64,000 nucleotides of DNA from assembly GCA_964016885.1 (NCBI GenBank), contig OZ024740.1, forward strand, positions 257,114,001-257,178,000, read 5' to 3'. The position numbers and the translations under genes were made by a program. The DNA is from Eledone cirrhosa. Taxonomy: Eukaryota. Shown piece by piece: positions 27,568 through 44,268 of the stretch (its first letter is position 1; every line of letters begins with the position of its first letter). Below the pieces are notes generated by a model. That model searched no databases and was not told where the DNA came from. It was given only the letters and a program-made list of their open reading frames with translations.

Positions 27568-27668
27568 TAATTCAGCGAGAATCGTATTTCGGCTGGTAGA
27601 AAAAGCGAAACGAAACGCAATATCGTAGAAATGCTGGCAAGCGCTCAATAGTTAAGAAAACTCCTTCG

Positions 27669-27741
<73 letters not shown>

Positions 27742-28831
27742 AGTATATATAACGAAGGAGTTGTGGTAAGGAGGCAGATGGACCATAACGCACCAGAGTA
27801 CTCAATACTTAGGGTAGTAGAGTGGGTAATAGGAGAAATAATGAGCTCAAGTCCAGAAATAGCCGTCGAAACGGCTTGAGCTCTGCCGTCGGGTCATACT
27901 TTCTCATATATATATATATATATATAAGACCTTTATATATATAACCCCCACACATATAACACGCATACACACAACTCCCTTCTCCATTTCTACTAAAGGA
28001 ATCATTTTCCTACACACACACACACACTCGCACAGACACACACACATCAACACGCAAATAAAAATATATATCTCTATTTTCTACCCTGTTGCCACTACCA
28101 CCACTATCGACACAAACATTCTATTCATTTCAACAGAAAGTCTTAATTTTGACACTTCATATCAGCCATACTCACTGAACCAAAACAATTCTCCCCATCT
28201 CTTTTTTTCTTGACCATTATCTTTTGTTTGGCACAAAACTCTCTATGACAAATCATGTGACTGTGAAAATGGCTACAAAGAACTCCCAAATACAACTGGA
28301 GCGAAATCTAATGTACTTATTCACGTGACAGTCATAAGCAATCAAATTACATTTATAAAAAAACATTTTTGAGCCACCTTATAAAGAACTCTCAAACGCG
28401 AACGTTGGTGTGCTTATTCCCATGACTGGATCAACCAACCAAATTTCTCTCATATATAAAAAAAACAAACAATTTGAGCCCCTTTTTTTAAAAAGGCAAA
28501 TACAATAAGAACTTTGTAACGCGAACTGGCGCGAAATTTATTATACTTATTCACGTGGCAGTCATCAACCAACCAAATTACTTTTCTAAAAAATCTAGCA
28601 TTTCGAGATACTTCTTTCCACATAAAACAGAAGTAACATTGAAACACCAACAAGATGCGAGAAAAACCACAAATCGTCCATCTCAATTTTAATTTTGAAA
28701 AGCATAAGAACTGTGAAACTGATAAAGGAAACAAATAAATATTCTTAAAAAGAGTCCAGTTGCATTTTCGATTTCATCTTTTTTCCTTATACTTTCACTC
28801 CCTTTTTTTCATTAAAAAAACCCCTAATTTT

Positions 28832-28889
<58 letters not shown>

Positions 28890-28894
28890 GCAGG

Positions 28895-29291
28895 AGTTAT
28901 ATTTAATTTGTTGGGATTCCAACAAGCTTAAAAGTTTATAACTGATATAAGGCACTCAAGAGTGAATTGGAGTTCAATATATTAATAAATGGAAACTATA
29001 TTTATAAAACCATAATTATTTTATTATATATATTTCAATGGAAACCAAGGTATCCTGGGTGCGCTTTCATCAGATAAAATACAAGATTTGTTTTATAAAT
29101 ATTGACATAACCGTGGAAAAATAACCTTGACGGTTGAAAGTTCACTGGATAGTTCACTAGTTGTTTTTCCACGGTTATGTCAATATTTATAAAACAAATC
29201 TTGTATTTTATCTGATGAAAACGCACCAAGAATGCCTTGGTTGCCCTTGAAATATATATAATAAAATAATTATTGTTTCCATTTATTAATA
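28895..29291. mobile_element. Solo fold-back pLTR (related subfamily), with HHRs at 29017-29081 (-) and 29204-29268 (+)
   Basis: tattttat-CTGATGA-...ccaag/cttgg...-GAAA-tatata-TA-ataaaata; inverted arms. Confidence 0.8.
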
Positions 29292-29344
29292 TATATATTA
29301 TATATATATATATTTTATATATATATATATATTATATATATATA

Positions 29345-29432
<88 letters not shown>

Positions 29433-29479
29433 ATATATATATATATATATATATCTTTATATATATATCTATTTATATT

Positions 29480-30066
29480 CTACCAACATGCTAAAATAGA
29501 ACACAAGGGTAAATTAGAGAACATAGAAATAAAAATAGAATCTACACACAGAAAAGACGCAATGTTTAGACAAATCACAGAGGCAATAAACATAAAAGAA
29601 TTACAACCAAAATTAAATAGAAAATATGAGTGGAACAGCAACATCACAACTTACAATTAAGGGCAAAATGAAAACACACACACACATAGAACAAACAACC
29701 AACCAGTAAAATGTAAATAAACAAATAAATAAATGAACATAAACACACACAGACACCCGGATGTGGCACATGCGCAGACTGAGCACACAACACACACACA
29801 GAAACAAAATGGCGTAGGAAAGAACAAAGTAGAGGCAGAGAAACAAAGAAAGGAATCCCTAGTCACTGAAGAGGTCACAGAGTGTGTGACGAAAGAACTA
29901 TGACTATGTATAAACAACTATCTGGTTGTGGAACCAACCAACCAACCAGAAATTTATAAATTTATAAATTTATTATAAATTTATTATAATAAATTGAAGT
30001 GAAAGTAACTGGTGCGTGTGTTTCTTATTGGCAACATGACCCCCCCCCCCCCAAAGTATAACAATA
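29480..30066 (+). mobile_element. Neptune-like PLE 3' end + pLTR, HHR at 29860-29906
   Basis: YQHAKIEHKGKLE...QITEAINIKELQPKLNRKYEW; tagtca-CTGAAGA-ggtcac..gtgac-GAAA-gaac-TA-tgacta. Confidence 0.88.
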
Positions 30067-30068
30067 TT

Positions 30069-30163
<95 letters not shown>

Positions 30164-30299
30164 ATACCAGGTGCGCTTTTCAAAACCCTTTTTATATTAT
30201 TTTCCTTACATAAGGTGATTTGTATAGAACGTTTTTTAACTTCCAGGCCTTTTTTTCACTATACAGGGTGACCTCAAAAACACTCTGAATGTGACTATC

Positions 30300-32492
30300 A
30301 CATTGATGTTTGCACAACAACAAAAGGGGCACACATCAAGTTCCTATGATATCAACCAATACCACTTGAAACATTTTTGATTATGCGACCATGGTGGAGA
30401 ATCACACCTCCCTATTGAAGCATAAACAGCAACGCACCAGGTTATCACTACGAGCATTGAAATCAGATAGGAACAAGACACAAAAGACTGTGACACGCTG
30501 TGCAAATGACTACTGGTTACATCTATACAAGGGCATCCAGCTGACATTTGTCACAGGTAACACTTGGGTATTGTGTGAGGGTATCAAGAAAGTCATCGGC
30601 CAAACCCAAAGCAAGACAGCTCCACTCATATCCAGAACAGGTGAGGTCATCCAAGGTAAAAAGGAGTAGTTGGAGAGATGGGTAGTATATTACTCCGAAC
30701 TCTATGACAAGGAAAACAGTATCTCGGACAACGCACTAGGCACCGTAGAACATCTGCCCTTCATGGACGAGCTAGATACATTGCAGACTGCTAAAGAACT
30801 GTGTAGAGCCATTGATAGCTTACCTGCTAGGAAGGCACCAGGACCTGACGGCATCGCCCAAGTTGTCTTCATGTGTGCAAAGGGAGTACTACTTAGCCAC
30901 TGTGTCAGTGCTGGGAAGAGGGAACAATCCCTCAAGACATGAGAGACTGCAACATTGTCACCTTCTATAAGAACATAGGAGACAGAAGTGACTGCAATAG
31001 CTACCGAGGCATCTTGCTGCTAAACATCACCGGAAAGTTCTTTACCCACATGATCTTGAACAGATTACAAAAAATCAATGATAGGGTATAGCCATAGCCC
31101 GAATGTCAGTGTCGTTTCAGATCAGAACGCTCCACCATCGGCATGATCTTCTACCTTCGACAGCTACAGGGGAAGTGCCGAGAGCAAAAGCAACCACTCT
31201 GCATTAACTTCATTGATCTCACGAAGGCATTAGTTCTAGTTAGTTGAAACGGCCTGTTCAAAATCCTTGCCAGAATTAGTTGTCCTCCAATACTTCTAAG
31301 GATAGTCCAGTTATTTCATGCAGATATGAAGGGTGTCGTTCAGTTTGATAGTTCTTCTTCAGAGGCATTTAATATAAGCAGCTGTGTGAAGCAGGGTTAC
31401 GTGCTAGGCCCCACTCTGTTTGGCATCTTTTTCACAGTCATGCTAAAACATGTATTTAGAGAGTTAACTGAGGATGTCTACCACAACACCAGATCAGACG
31501 GTAGTCTGTTTAGTCTGCCAAGGCTGAAAGCGAATTCGAAGGTTCTCCAGGTACTCGTCAGAGAAATGTTGTTTCCGTATGCACTGGCAGCGCACTCTGA
31601 GGAGCAAATGCAACACCTCATGAACAAACTCTCGAGGGCCTACCAGGGATTCAGCCTGACCATTAGTCTAAAGTGTCGAGTACCTCCCCACCATTACTAT
31701 CACCATCAACATCTATGAGCTGGATGTGGTCCACGAATTCACCTACTTTGATTCCATTATCACTAACAACCTCTCCCTGGATCCCGAGATCAACTGGAGA
31801 GTTGGATGAGCAACCTTCACATTTGCCAGGTTGAGGAAGAGAGTCTGGGAGAAAAGAAAACTAACTACAAACACCAAGATTGCTGTCTACAGGGTGTGTG
31901 TCGTGAGCACACTACTTTACGGCAATGAGATATGGAGCCTCTACTCCAGATAGGAACAGTGTCTCAATGTCTTCCACCTCCGTTGCCTGAGACACATTTT
32001 GAATATCAAGTGGACTGGCCGGGTCATCAACACTGGAGTCCTCAACCATACTAAATACCCAGCATTTATATCCTGCTCAAACAGTTTCTGTGCTGGCTCG
32101 GTCACGTAAATCATATGCTGGACGGAAGGATCCCCCAAAACCTACTGTATGGGAAACTGGCCACCGACTCAAGAGCACGGTGACAACCTCATCTTCAAAG
32201 ACGTCTGCAGGAGGGATATGAAGTCAATAGACCGGGACACACAGAGATGGGTGGAGGTCGCTAATGATCGCACACGATGGAAACAAGTAGTGCGCAAGGG
32301 GATGGAGCGAGAGGAGGAGAAACTGAAACTCGCCTCTGAGGAAAAGCGTGTTCGAATCTACAAATGCAGTTGCTATATACAGGACTGCCATTCCCCAGTG
32401 GGCCTTAGCAGTCACCACACCACTATCAGCACCTGACACAAAATTCTTCAGGCGCAGATCCATGGTTATTCGAGACAGACGGATGCCAATGA
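30300..32492 (+). mobile_element. RTE (BovB-like) LINE, degenerate
   Basis: RW..YYSELY, KAPGPDGI, YKN.GDRSDCNSYRGI, FIDLTKA, VKQGYVLGPTLF, GRIP..LLYG. Confidence 0.9.
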
Positions 32493-32504
32493 TACATATA
32501 TATA

Positions 32505-32835
32505 TTAGTTGTAGTAGTAGTTAGAGCGTTGGTCTTATAATCGAGAGATCGTCGGATCGATTCCCGGACTGCACTGTGTTGTGTTCGTGAACAAGATACT
32601 TCACGTTACTCCAGTTTACTCTGCTTTATAAATGGGTTGCAACTTTACTGGTGCTAAACACTATCGGCCTTAGATTTTGCCTTGGACAACATTGGTGACG
32701 AGAAGTGGGCAGACAGGTATGCATGGGTGACTGGTGATCTTCCACCAACAAACTTGCTCAGACTTATGGCTCGGAGGTCAACTTTTCATGTGCAAATCCC
32801 ATGTTAACTCGTGACCAAAGGGGTTCTTTCGCTCT
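32505..32835 (+). mobile_element. tRNA-derived SINE (family B-like head)
   Basis: tagtagttagagcgttgg...ggatcgattcccgg...gaacaagatacttcacgttactccagtttact. Confidence 0.65.
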
Positions 32836-32841
32836 TTTATA

Positions 32842-32886
<45 letters not shown>

Positions 32887-33056
32887 AAGTATCCATACCT
32901 ACACATATTTACAGACACACAGAGACACAGGCACACACACACATATATATATATGTATATACATATGTACGTATGGGTTATATCGAATAATGATTATAAT
33001 ATTCGATTTGTTTGCAAGGAAACGGCCCGACTAAACTATGCTGTAGCATTGAGGAA

Positions 33057-33097
33057 CAATCAATATGTTTCTGGGTCGTTACCCTTCATCAGAACTG
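33057..33097 (-). ncRNA. Degenerate hammerhead motif
   Basis: Minus strand: cagtt-CTGATGA-agggt-aacg-accca-GAAA-catatt-gattg. Confidence 0.5.
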
Positions 33098-34545
33098 TAT
33101 ACCTCTATGCCACTGTGTTGAACAGTTGAAAGTATATAGTATTTTCTAAAGTATACACAGTTGATTAGCCTCATTTGCATACCGTGCAACCCAATCCCTA
33201 ATAAGAATATACACTTTGCCAGTTAGATTTATCCTTAGTATAATGACAGTTGTATAGCTCTCCGGACTTCCAACTTTTAACTCTTAACGTCTGAATTCTA
33301 GAATTTATTCTGAATTTGCAGGTTGTGAAACCTTTGTTTTCTATAAGTTATATTAACCATAGCAATAACACTTTATTTAGTCCACTCCCGGAAATGTTAC
33401 CTTTTAATCAATCTTTGCTGTCTGAAGAAATCACGACATCGATCGTCATTGAAGTATGTATAACGGCTCAATTAATAAGGGACACTAACATCTTCAACTT
33501 AGCATTTTCCTCTTTATTAATATACTCCACCATCCTTTTTTTAGGAAGTAATATGACGTTGAGTGCTAGATCTGAATTGCATCCTTGTATACCGAATATA
33601 TATATATATATATATATACAGTATTTTCCGTTGTGTTGTAATATAAATATTACACACGTAGAGTTTGCTCGACGGTTCCAGTTGAAATTCCAAAAGTAAT
33701 CCGGAGAAAAGTAGAAAGATTTGAATGGATACAGTTTAGCTGAAAGGAATTTATTGACACGTGTTTCTATAACAGTTACATAACCTGAAAACAGCTGCTA
33801 TCTACAAAGTATATATATATATATATATATATACATGATGTGGTATGGTATGGACCCGTAACTCCCGGGAGTGTTAGGGGCGCCATATTGATGTACAGCG
33901 TTTCTAGGGCATTTTTAAAACCTGGTGGAACCCATCTACTCACCAAGCCTGAGAACAGTAGATTTATTCCAGAGAAGGATAGAGAGGGTGAGAGAAAAGA
34001 AGCGAGAAAGGAATATATATATATATTTGTATACTTAGAATAAATGAACCTTAAAAATGTGTTGGTGTCTGAATGTATGAGTGTCTATTTAACTGTGAAT
34101 ATGAACTTTGCCTTTTATCTGAGTCATTGTTTTAATTGTTTATTTCTAAAAATAGTTTTTTCAAAGAATCCCTGTTCTTTAAAATCCCTCAGTCTTCAAA
34201 AACACCACCAACCCCAACCACCAGAAAACATACAAATACCACCGTATTACATGATATTCTTGATTACATGAATTACCACCTCATTCTTCATGATTTCCTT
34301 TGAATGAAACAATTCTATTCCTGTAGAAGCCATGCCTATATTAGAGTGGTTAGAGAATTGAATTTGCAATCGTTAGATTGTGAGTTCGATTCCTGGACCG
34401 GCAGATGCGTTATGGCCTTGAGCAAGACACTTTATTTCACGTTGCTCCTTCTACCTGGAGTTGCGACCGATATATAGTATTAGCAATTGGAAAGACCAAC
34501 GGAAACATTGTTTCCTCGGTCAGAGTTGACGAACGTCGATCGACT

Positions 34546-34584
<39 letters not shown>

Positions 34585-34972
34585 CAGACGATAAGTTGCT
34601 TACACGTAGTTGTTACGTTGTAACTTCTTCAGGATGAGCTGATCCAAGCGATCCAAAAAGACTTCCCGTCAGTTATCCCAGGTGAGAGTGGGTGATTAGG
34701 AGTGACAGAGTATTCATTTATCAAATAAGGGTAGTTAAGACAGGATTGTTTCACCATAATTGTTTATTCCATGATATATATTTCTGTTACACGATTATCT
34801 CTCTTCATCATATTCTTACGCAATCATAGGAGCAGTTATGTAATCGTTGTAATATGCTGCGAGCCATGTATAACAGTTCTGTTGCGATGACACATGCTTA
34901 ACAATGTAACAGAAATATATATCATGCAATAAATAGTTACGCTGGAATAATCCCTTCTTAACTACCCTTATT

Positions 34973-35024
<52 letters not shown>

Positions 35025-35169
35025 GTGTGTGTGTGTGTATACATGCATATCACATTGATCACCTTGACCGACCCGTCTGTCGGACGCCATTCGGCGCCGC
35101 TGGTCACAGCACGTGCTGTTTTAGCCATACAATGACGCCATCCTACTGGCTGGGCAGGACGTAAGTCGA

Positions 35170-35447
35170 AAGTTTGTCTTAAGCCAGAAGGTTCATTTGG
35201 CCGGTGCTTATCCCGGTTTCATAGTGTGATGCTACTGAGTGTACAAGACTCCCCCTGGACAGGACGCTAGTCCATCGCAGGGTTAAACCCCCAGCTATTG
35301 CTGTTACTCATTTTCAGCTGAGTAAACTGGAGCAACGTGAAATAAAGTGTCTTGCGCAAGGAAACAACACATCACCTGGTCCGAGAATTGAACTCATAAC
35401 ATTTCGATTGCAAGCCTCTGCTCTAACCACTAAGCCATGCGCCTTCA
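35170..35447 (-). mobile_element. tRNA-derived SINE family B
   Basis: Homologous to 21170-21436 and 53304-53415. Confidence 0.8.
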
Positions 35448-35590
35448 CACACATATATATATACATATATATAAGTGTATTATACATATATATACATACT
35501 TATATATATATATATATGTGTGTGTATGTATGTATATATATATGTATGCATGTATATATATATGTATGTATGTATGTATATATATATTTG

Positions 35591-35631
<41 letters not shown>

Positions 35632-35675
35632 ATATATTTTAATTATTTATCAAACTAATAATAATTATTATTATT

Positions 35676-35717
<42 letters not shown>

Positions 35718-35721
35718 TATT

Positions 35722-35766
<45 letters not shown>

Positions 35767-35771
35767 GTATG

Positions 35772-35849
<78 letters not shown>

Positions 35850-35852
<3 letters not shown>

Positions 35853-37415
35853 CGTTTCTGAATTTGTTTAGCAAGATTCTTTATCTGAAATCGTGTGTTG
35901 AAACCGATATTGTTATACTTTAGGAGGGTCATGTTGCTAATAAGAAACACACGCACCAAATGCTTTCACTTCAATTTATTATATATTTATAAATTTATAA
36001 ATTTCTGGTTGGTTGGTTGGTTCCACAACCAGATAGTTGTTTATATATAGTCATAGTCCTTTCGTCACACACTCTGTGACCTCTTCAGTGACTGGGGATT
36101 CCTTTCTTTGTTTCTGTGCCTTTCCTTTCTTCTGTCCTACGCCATTTTGTTTCTGTGTGTGTGTTGTGTGCTCAGTTTGCGCATGCGCCACATCCGGGTG
36201 TCTGTGTGTGTTTGTGTTCATTTATCTATTTGTTTATTTATTTACATGTTATTGGTTGGTTGTTTGTTATATGCGTGTGTGTATTTTCATTTTGTCCTTA
36301 ATTGTAAGTTGTGATGTTGCTGTTCCACTCATATTTTCTATTTAATTTTGGTTGTAATTCTTTTATGTTTATTGCCTCTGTAATTTGTCTAAACATTGCA
36401 TCTTTTCTGTTTGTTGATTCTATTTTTATTTCTATGTTCTCTAATTTACCCTTGTGTTCTATCTTAGCATGTTGGTAGAGTACATATGATTCTTTATTAT
36501 CTTGAAGGTCTCGCCAGTGTTCATTTATCCGTTCCCCTATACTACGAGCTGTCTCACCTATGTACACTATATTTTTGTTTCTACATTGTCCTTCAGTACA
36601 TCTTATGCTATACACTACATTTCTAGTTTTACAGTTAATATGGGGGCTTATTTTACAGGTTATACATTTCTTATCTATATATGAGGGTCTTTGGAATAAG
36701 TGTTTTTACGGAGGTACCTGGTCTTTCTACTATCTTAATATTGAGTTTATGTTTATTTAGGGCCCTTCTAAATTTGTAGGCTAGTTCGCCTCTAGGGGTT
36801 GTATCGATGAACATTACACTCTGGTATTTATTGCTATCATACCATGAGTTTATTCTATTGGCCTTATTCCTAGTTCTTTCTATTCTATTCCAAAATTTGC
36901 TCCTGTACAAGGGGTAGGTCCCATTTATGTCATTATTTACCATTTTTTCCCATTTGGTTCTGGCTCCTCTATACACTCTGATTCTATCTCTCTGATTGTA
37001 GCCAGAGAACTGCATACGGTGGATGAAGTGTTGTATGTGTCTCTCTAGTTCTTCGGGGTTGCACATGCGGGACACATTTCTCATCACCCGTACCAAATCC
37101 GCAATCAGTATGTTGATTTTGGTATGGTCCGAAATGGCCGAGTTTCGGTGGATCAGATGTTTGGAAGTCATGGGTTTGGCATAATGGGAATGGAGGATTT
37201 GTTTTTGGTTGTTAATGGTATCTAACCAGAGCTCTGTGTCTAGTATAGGTAATCGATGGTTGGGGTGTCTACTTGGGTAGTCTATAGTAACTCTAATGCT
37301 CTGGTGGATGGAGTTTGCTATTTGCTGGATGCTTTCCATTGTGTTTTTCTCTAGTTCCTGACTGTTCTCTAGTGGGGGTGTCTTAACTACGATGTTTATA
37401 TCATCTAAGTAGCGG
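35850..37415 (-). mobile_element. Neptune-like PLE, 5'-truncated (RT C-terminal half, Cys linker, GIY-YIG, pLTR with HHR 36049-36093)
   Basis: RYLDD, LPILD, HYAKPM, IVERPGTSVK; VYSIRC...VYIGETARSIGERINEH. Confidence 0.9.
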
Positions 37416-37416
37416 A

Positions 37417-37670
37417 GGACAGAAGAAAGGAAAGGCACAGAAACAAAGAAAGGAATCCCCAGTCACTGAAGAGGTCACAGAGTGTGTGACGAAAGGACTA
37501 TGACTATATATAAACAACTATCTGGTTGTGGAACCAACCAACCAACCAGAAATTTATAAATTTGTGGATTTGTAAATTTATAAATTTATAAATATATAAT
37601 AAATTGAAGTGAAAGCAACTGGTGCGTGTGTTTCTTATTGGCAACATGACCCTCCCAAAGTATAACAATA
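37417..37670 (+). repeat. Inverted pLTR at the 5' end of the same PLE (HHR 37461-37505)
   Basis: Reverse complement of about 35910-36138. Confidence 0.9.
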
Positions 37671-37682
37671 TATATATATATA

Positions 37683-37880
37683 TATCATAAAACATGTCTT
37701 TAGAATCACTAGATATAATATATACCATTTCCTCTCCCAATTAGCTTAATTAACCATATAAAAAGGAGCCTTTATTCTTATAGCTTGGTCTAATTGATTT
37801 TTTATATTGTTAATTAAGCTAATTGGGAGAGGAAATGGTATATATTATATCTAGTGATTCTAAAGACATGTTTTATGATA
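37683..37880. repeat. Fold-back inverted repeat (about 70-80-bp arms)
   Basis: tatcataaaacatgtc...aattaac / gttaatt...gacatgttttatgata. Confidence 0.9.
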
Positions 37881-38080
37881 TATAGCTCTGATTGTATATA
37901 TATACATGTATATATATATATGTAGAGGTTATATTTAATTTGTTGGGATACAACAAGCAAACTAACCTATATTATATTTTATTTGATGAAAGCGCACCAT
38001 AGTTTGCCTTGGTTGCCCTTGAAATATGTATAATGAAATAAATATGGGTTTATAAATATAGTTTCCATTTGTTAATATAT

Positions 38081-38170
<90 letters not shown>

Positions 38171-38380
38171 GATCGATCGACTTTCGTCAAATCGAACCGA
38201 GGAAACAATGTTTCCGTTTGTGAAGGCGTGTAGCTGAGTGGTTAGAGAATTGGATTCACAATCTTGAGGTTGTGAGTTCGATTCCTTGTCCGGGCGATGC
38301 GTTAGATTTTATTTCACGTTGGTCCTTCTATCTGGAGTTGCGACCGATAGATAGTACTACAAACTGGAAAGACCAACGGA

Positions 38381-41433
<3,053 letters not shown>

Positions 41434-41528
41434 TTAAGCTCTGTTACCTACATAGAGCACTCTTTTTTCCTGGACTTTTCCGATGGAATTACTTCACATA
41501 TATATATATACATATATGTGTGTGTGTG

Positions 41529-41608
<80 letters not shown>

Positions 41609-41611
<3 letters not shown>

Positions 41612-42690
41612 TTGGGGAGGATCACATTTGTGTAATAATATTGCCAGAATTAATAACAGAACACACTCAATGTTTTTTGGGTTTTCGCTTCTGTGTATTT
41701 TATATCGGTTAATTTAATTTATTCGGTCCTCAATGTTGCCATTGACTGACCAACGGTCAAAAATACAGATACTATATAGTCATAAACACATATATTTAGT
41801 CTAACAAAGTTCTTTCGTTGCACATCTTCAACCTCGTCAGTGGTACTATTATGTTTCCTCCCGTTGTATTGTATGCCTACGCCATCTTTATTTATTCTGT
41901 TTATTTATTTATTTTTGTCTTCTCTGCGCATGCGTTTGCGTGTATGTATTGTGTTTTGTTTGATGTGTGTCCGTGTTTGTGTGACTGTGTATTGGTTATT
42001 GTATTCTATCTTAGTTTACTAGTGTGTGTTTATATGTGTTTGTTGTTATTGTGCTTGTGTATTTATTTATTTATTTATACTTCTCTTAGGTCATTGTTGT
42101 TTGTTTGGGTGTTGTTGTTATTCCATTCATTTTTTTCTGACTGAGAGGTATGAATAAATAAATAAATACATGCACAAGCACAATAACAACAAACACATAT
42201 AAACACACACTAGTAAACTAAGATAGAATACAATAACCAATATACAGTCACCCAAACAGGAACACACATCAAACGAAACACTATACACACACGCAAATAA
42301 ATGCGCAGAGAAGACAAACAAATAATAAATAAATAAATAAGCAGACTAAATAAAGATGGCGTAGGCATGCAATACAACGGGAGGAAACATAATAGCACCA
42401 CTGACGAGGTTGCAGATGTGCAACGAAAGAACTTTGTTAGACTATATGCATATGTGTGTTTGTGTCTATATTGTATCTGTATATTTGACCGTTGGTCAGT
42501 CAATAGTAACATTGAGGACCGAATAAATTAAATTAACCAATATAAAAGACACAGAAGCGAAATCCAACCAAACAGTGAGTGTGTTCTATTATTAATTCTG
42601 GCAATATTACACAAATATGACTCTCCCCAAGTATAACAATATTTGTTTCGACACACGATTTCATATCAAAGACCTCGCAAAACTCCTCGC
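41609..42690. mobile_element. Head-to-head inverted pair of Neptune-like pLTRs, with HHRs at about 41797-41850 (-) and 42392-42445 (+)
   Basis: Arms of about 500 bp around 42140; CTGACGA-ggttgca-gatg-tgcaac-GAAA-gaac-TT; left arm includes the ORF end shared with 11776-11868. Confidence 0.85.
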
Positions 42691-42692
42691 CG

Positions 42693-42766
<74 letters not shown>

Positions 42767-44268
42767 GGAAAGTTATATTTAAATTGTTGGGTTACAACTA
42801 GTAAATATTAATAACTGATATAAAAGCACTCGACAAGTATTTGGAGTATATTTACGATATTAAATAGATAGAAACTATATTTATAAAACCATATTTATTT
42901 CGTTATATATATTTCAGGGATATCATATTAACAATATGCTATGCCTTCCTCAGACAAAATACAATATAAACAGTTTTATAGATAAATAGATTTGACATAC
43001 CGTACAACATCGACTTGTATTTGAAAAGTTGAATTGGCAGTGAAAAAATTGTAAACAGAAAGAAAGAAAGAGAGAAAAAAGAAAGAAAGACAGAAAACGA
43101 AGAAAAAGAAGAAAAAGAAGAAATGCATGGAACAAAATAGAGAGATGGAAAGATAGATAAAGAGAAGAACTTCATGTAAAGAAACAGAGAGAGATATAGA
43201 GAGAGAGAGGAAATAGATAGAGATAGATATATATATAGAAAAATATGTAGTTGGACATCCGTTGAGTAAACGTATCAATGATACATTTATTTATTTATTT
43301 ATTTATTTAGCTCTAGTATTTAGCTCTAGTAAGGGAGATATATGTGGTTAGGAGAGAAACCAGCAGTTATATAGAGAGAAAAATGAAAAGTGACCAGACA
43401 TAGGCGAGGCATATAAATCCTATGTTTTAATGTAGAAGTATTAATATGTATAAAAAATATGTATAAAAACCAGGCACTATATTGAAAATATCAGTATTCC
43501 TGAATGAGACACGTATCCATAATGTGTGAAAAGTAATGATCTTATGTTTAGTTTAAAAAAATTCATATGTTTATATGATAACTACAAACATCGATGTGAA
43601 TTTACATGATGCTATAAAAATTTAAGTATACACATATGTGTATATATATACACAGATATATATAGAGTCTATATTACTACTATTCTTGTCTTTACTCTAC
43701 AAGATTATCTATCAAGCAGAAATAGAGAGCAGATTTCAATATATTAACAAAAAAATATATCAGAAACAAAAACCAAAAAACAACAATAATAATAATAATA
43801 ATAAATAAGTAATAATAAAATAGAAAACTAAAAAATATTACGAAAAAATATTACATATTAAAAATATTACATATTAAATATAAAAATATTAGAAAATACT
43901 ACAATAATAAAAATAAACCACAAAGATCAACCCTTCAAAATTAATTGACAATAGATTGCCAAGTTCATTATAAGCATCAGAGTCGAAAACAGATAAAGCT
44001 AAAAATTATTTATCAAATCGCATCTAGCAAAAAAATGATTTCAAAAAGTTTAGGATGCCCATTTGGTCTACATGTGTTCTTATATTTAATATAGAAGTTT
44101 ATCTAGTGTAACGTTTATTCGAAATATTTGGAGCATCAACTTTTAGGGTAGTTTAATTTTCCATGAAGAATGTTTAAATAAAAATAAAAATAAAAAGAAG
44201 AATAAAAAGAAGAAATCGAAAGATTTATCGGCTAGTTTCCCAAATACTTATAAATCAAACTAAATATA

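Noticed and set aside
34497-34550. HHR-like 3' half GA(A/C)GTCGATCGACTA (inverted paralog at 38170-38218)
   Set aside because: No CTGANGA half or stem I could be found
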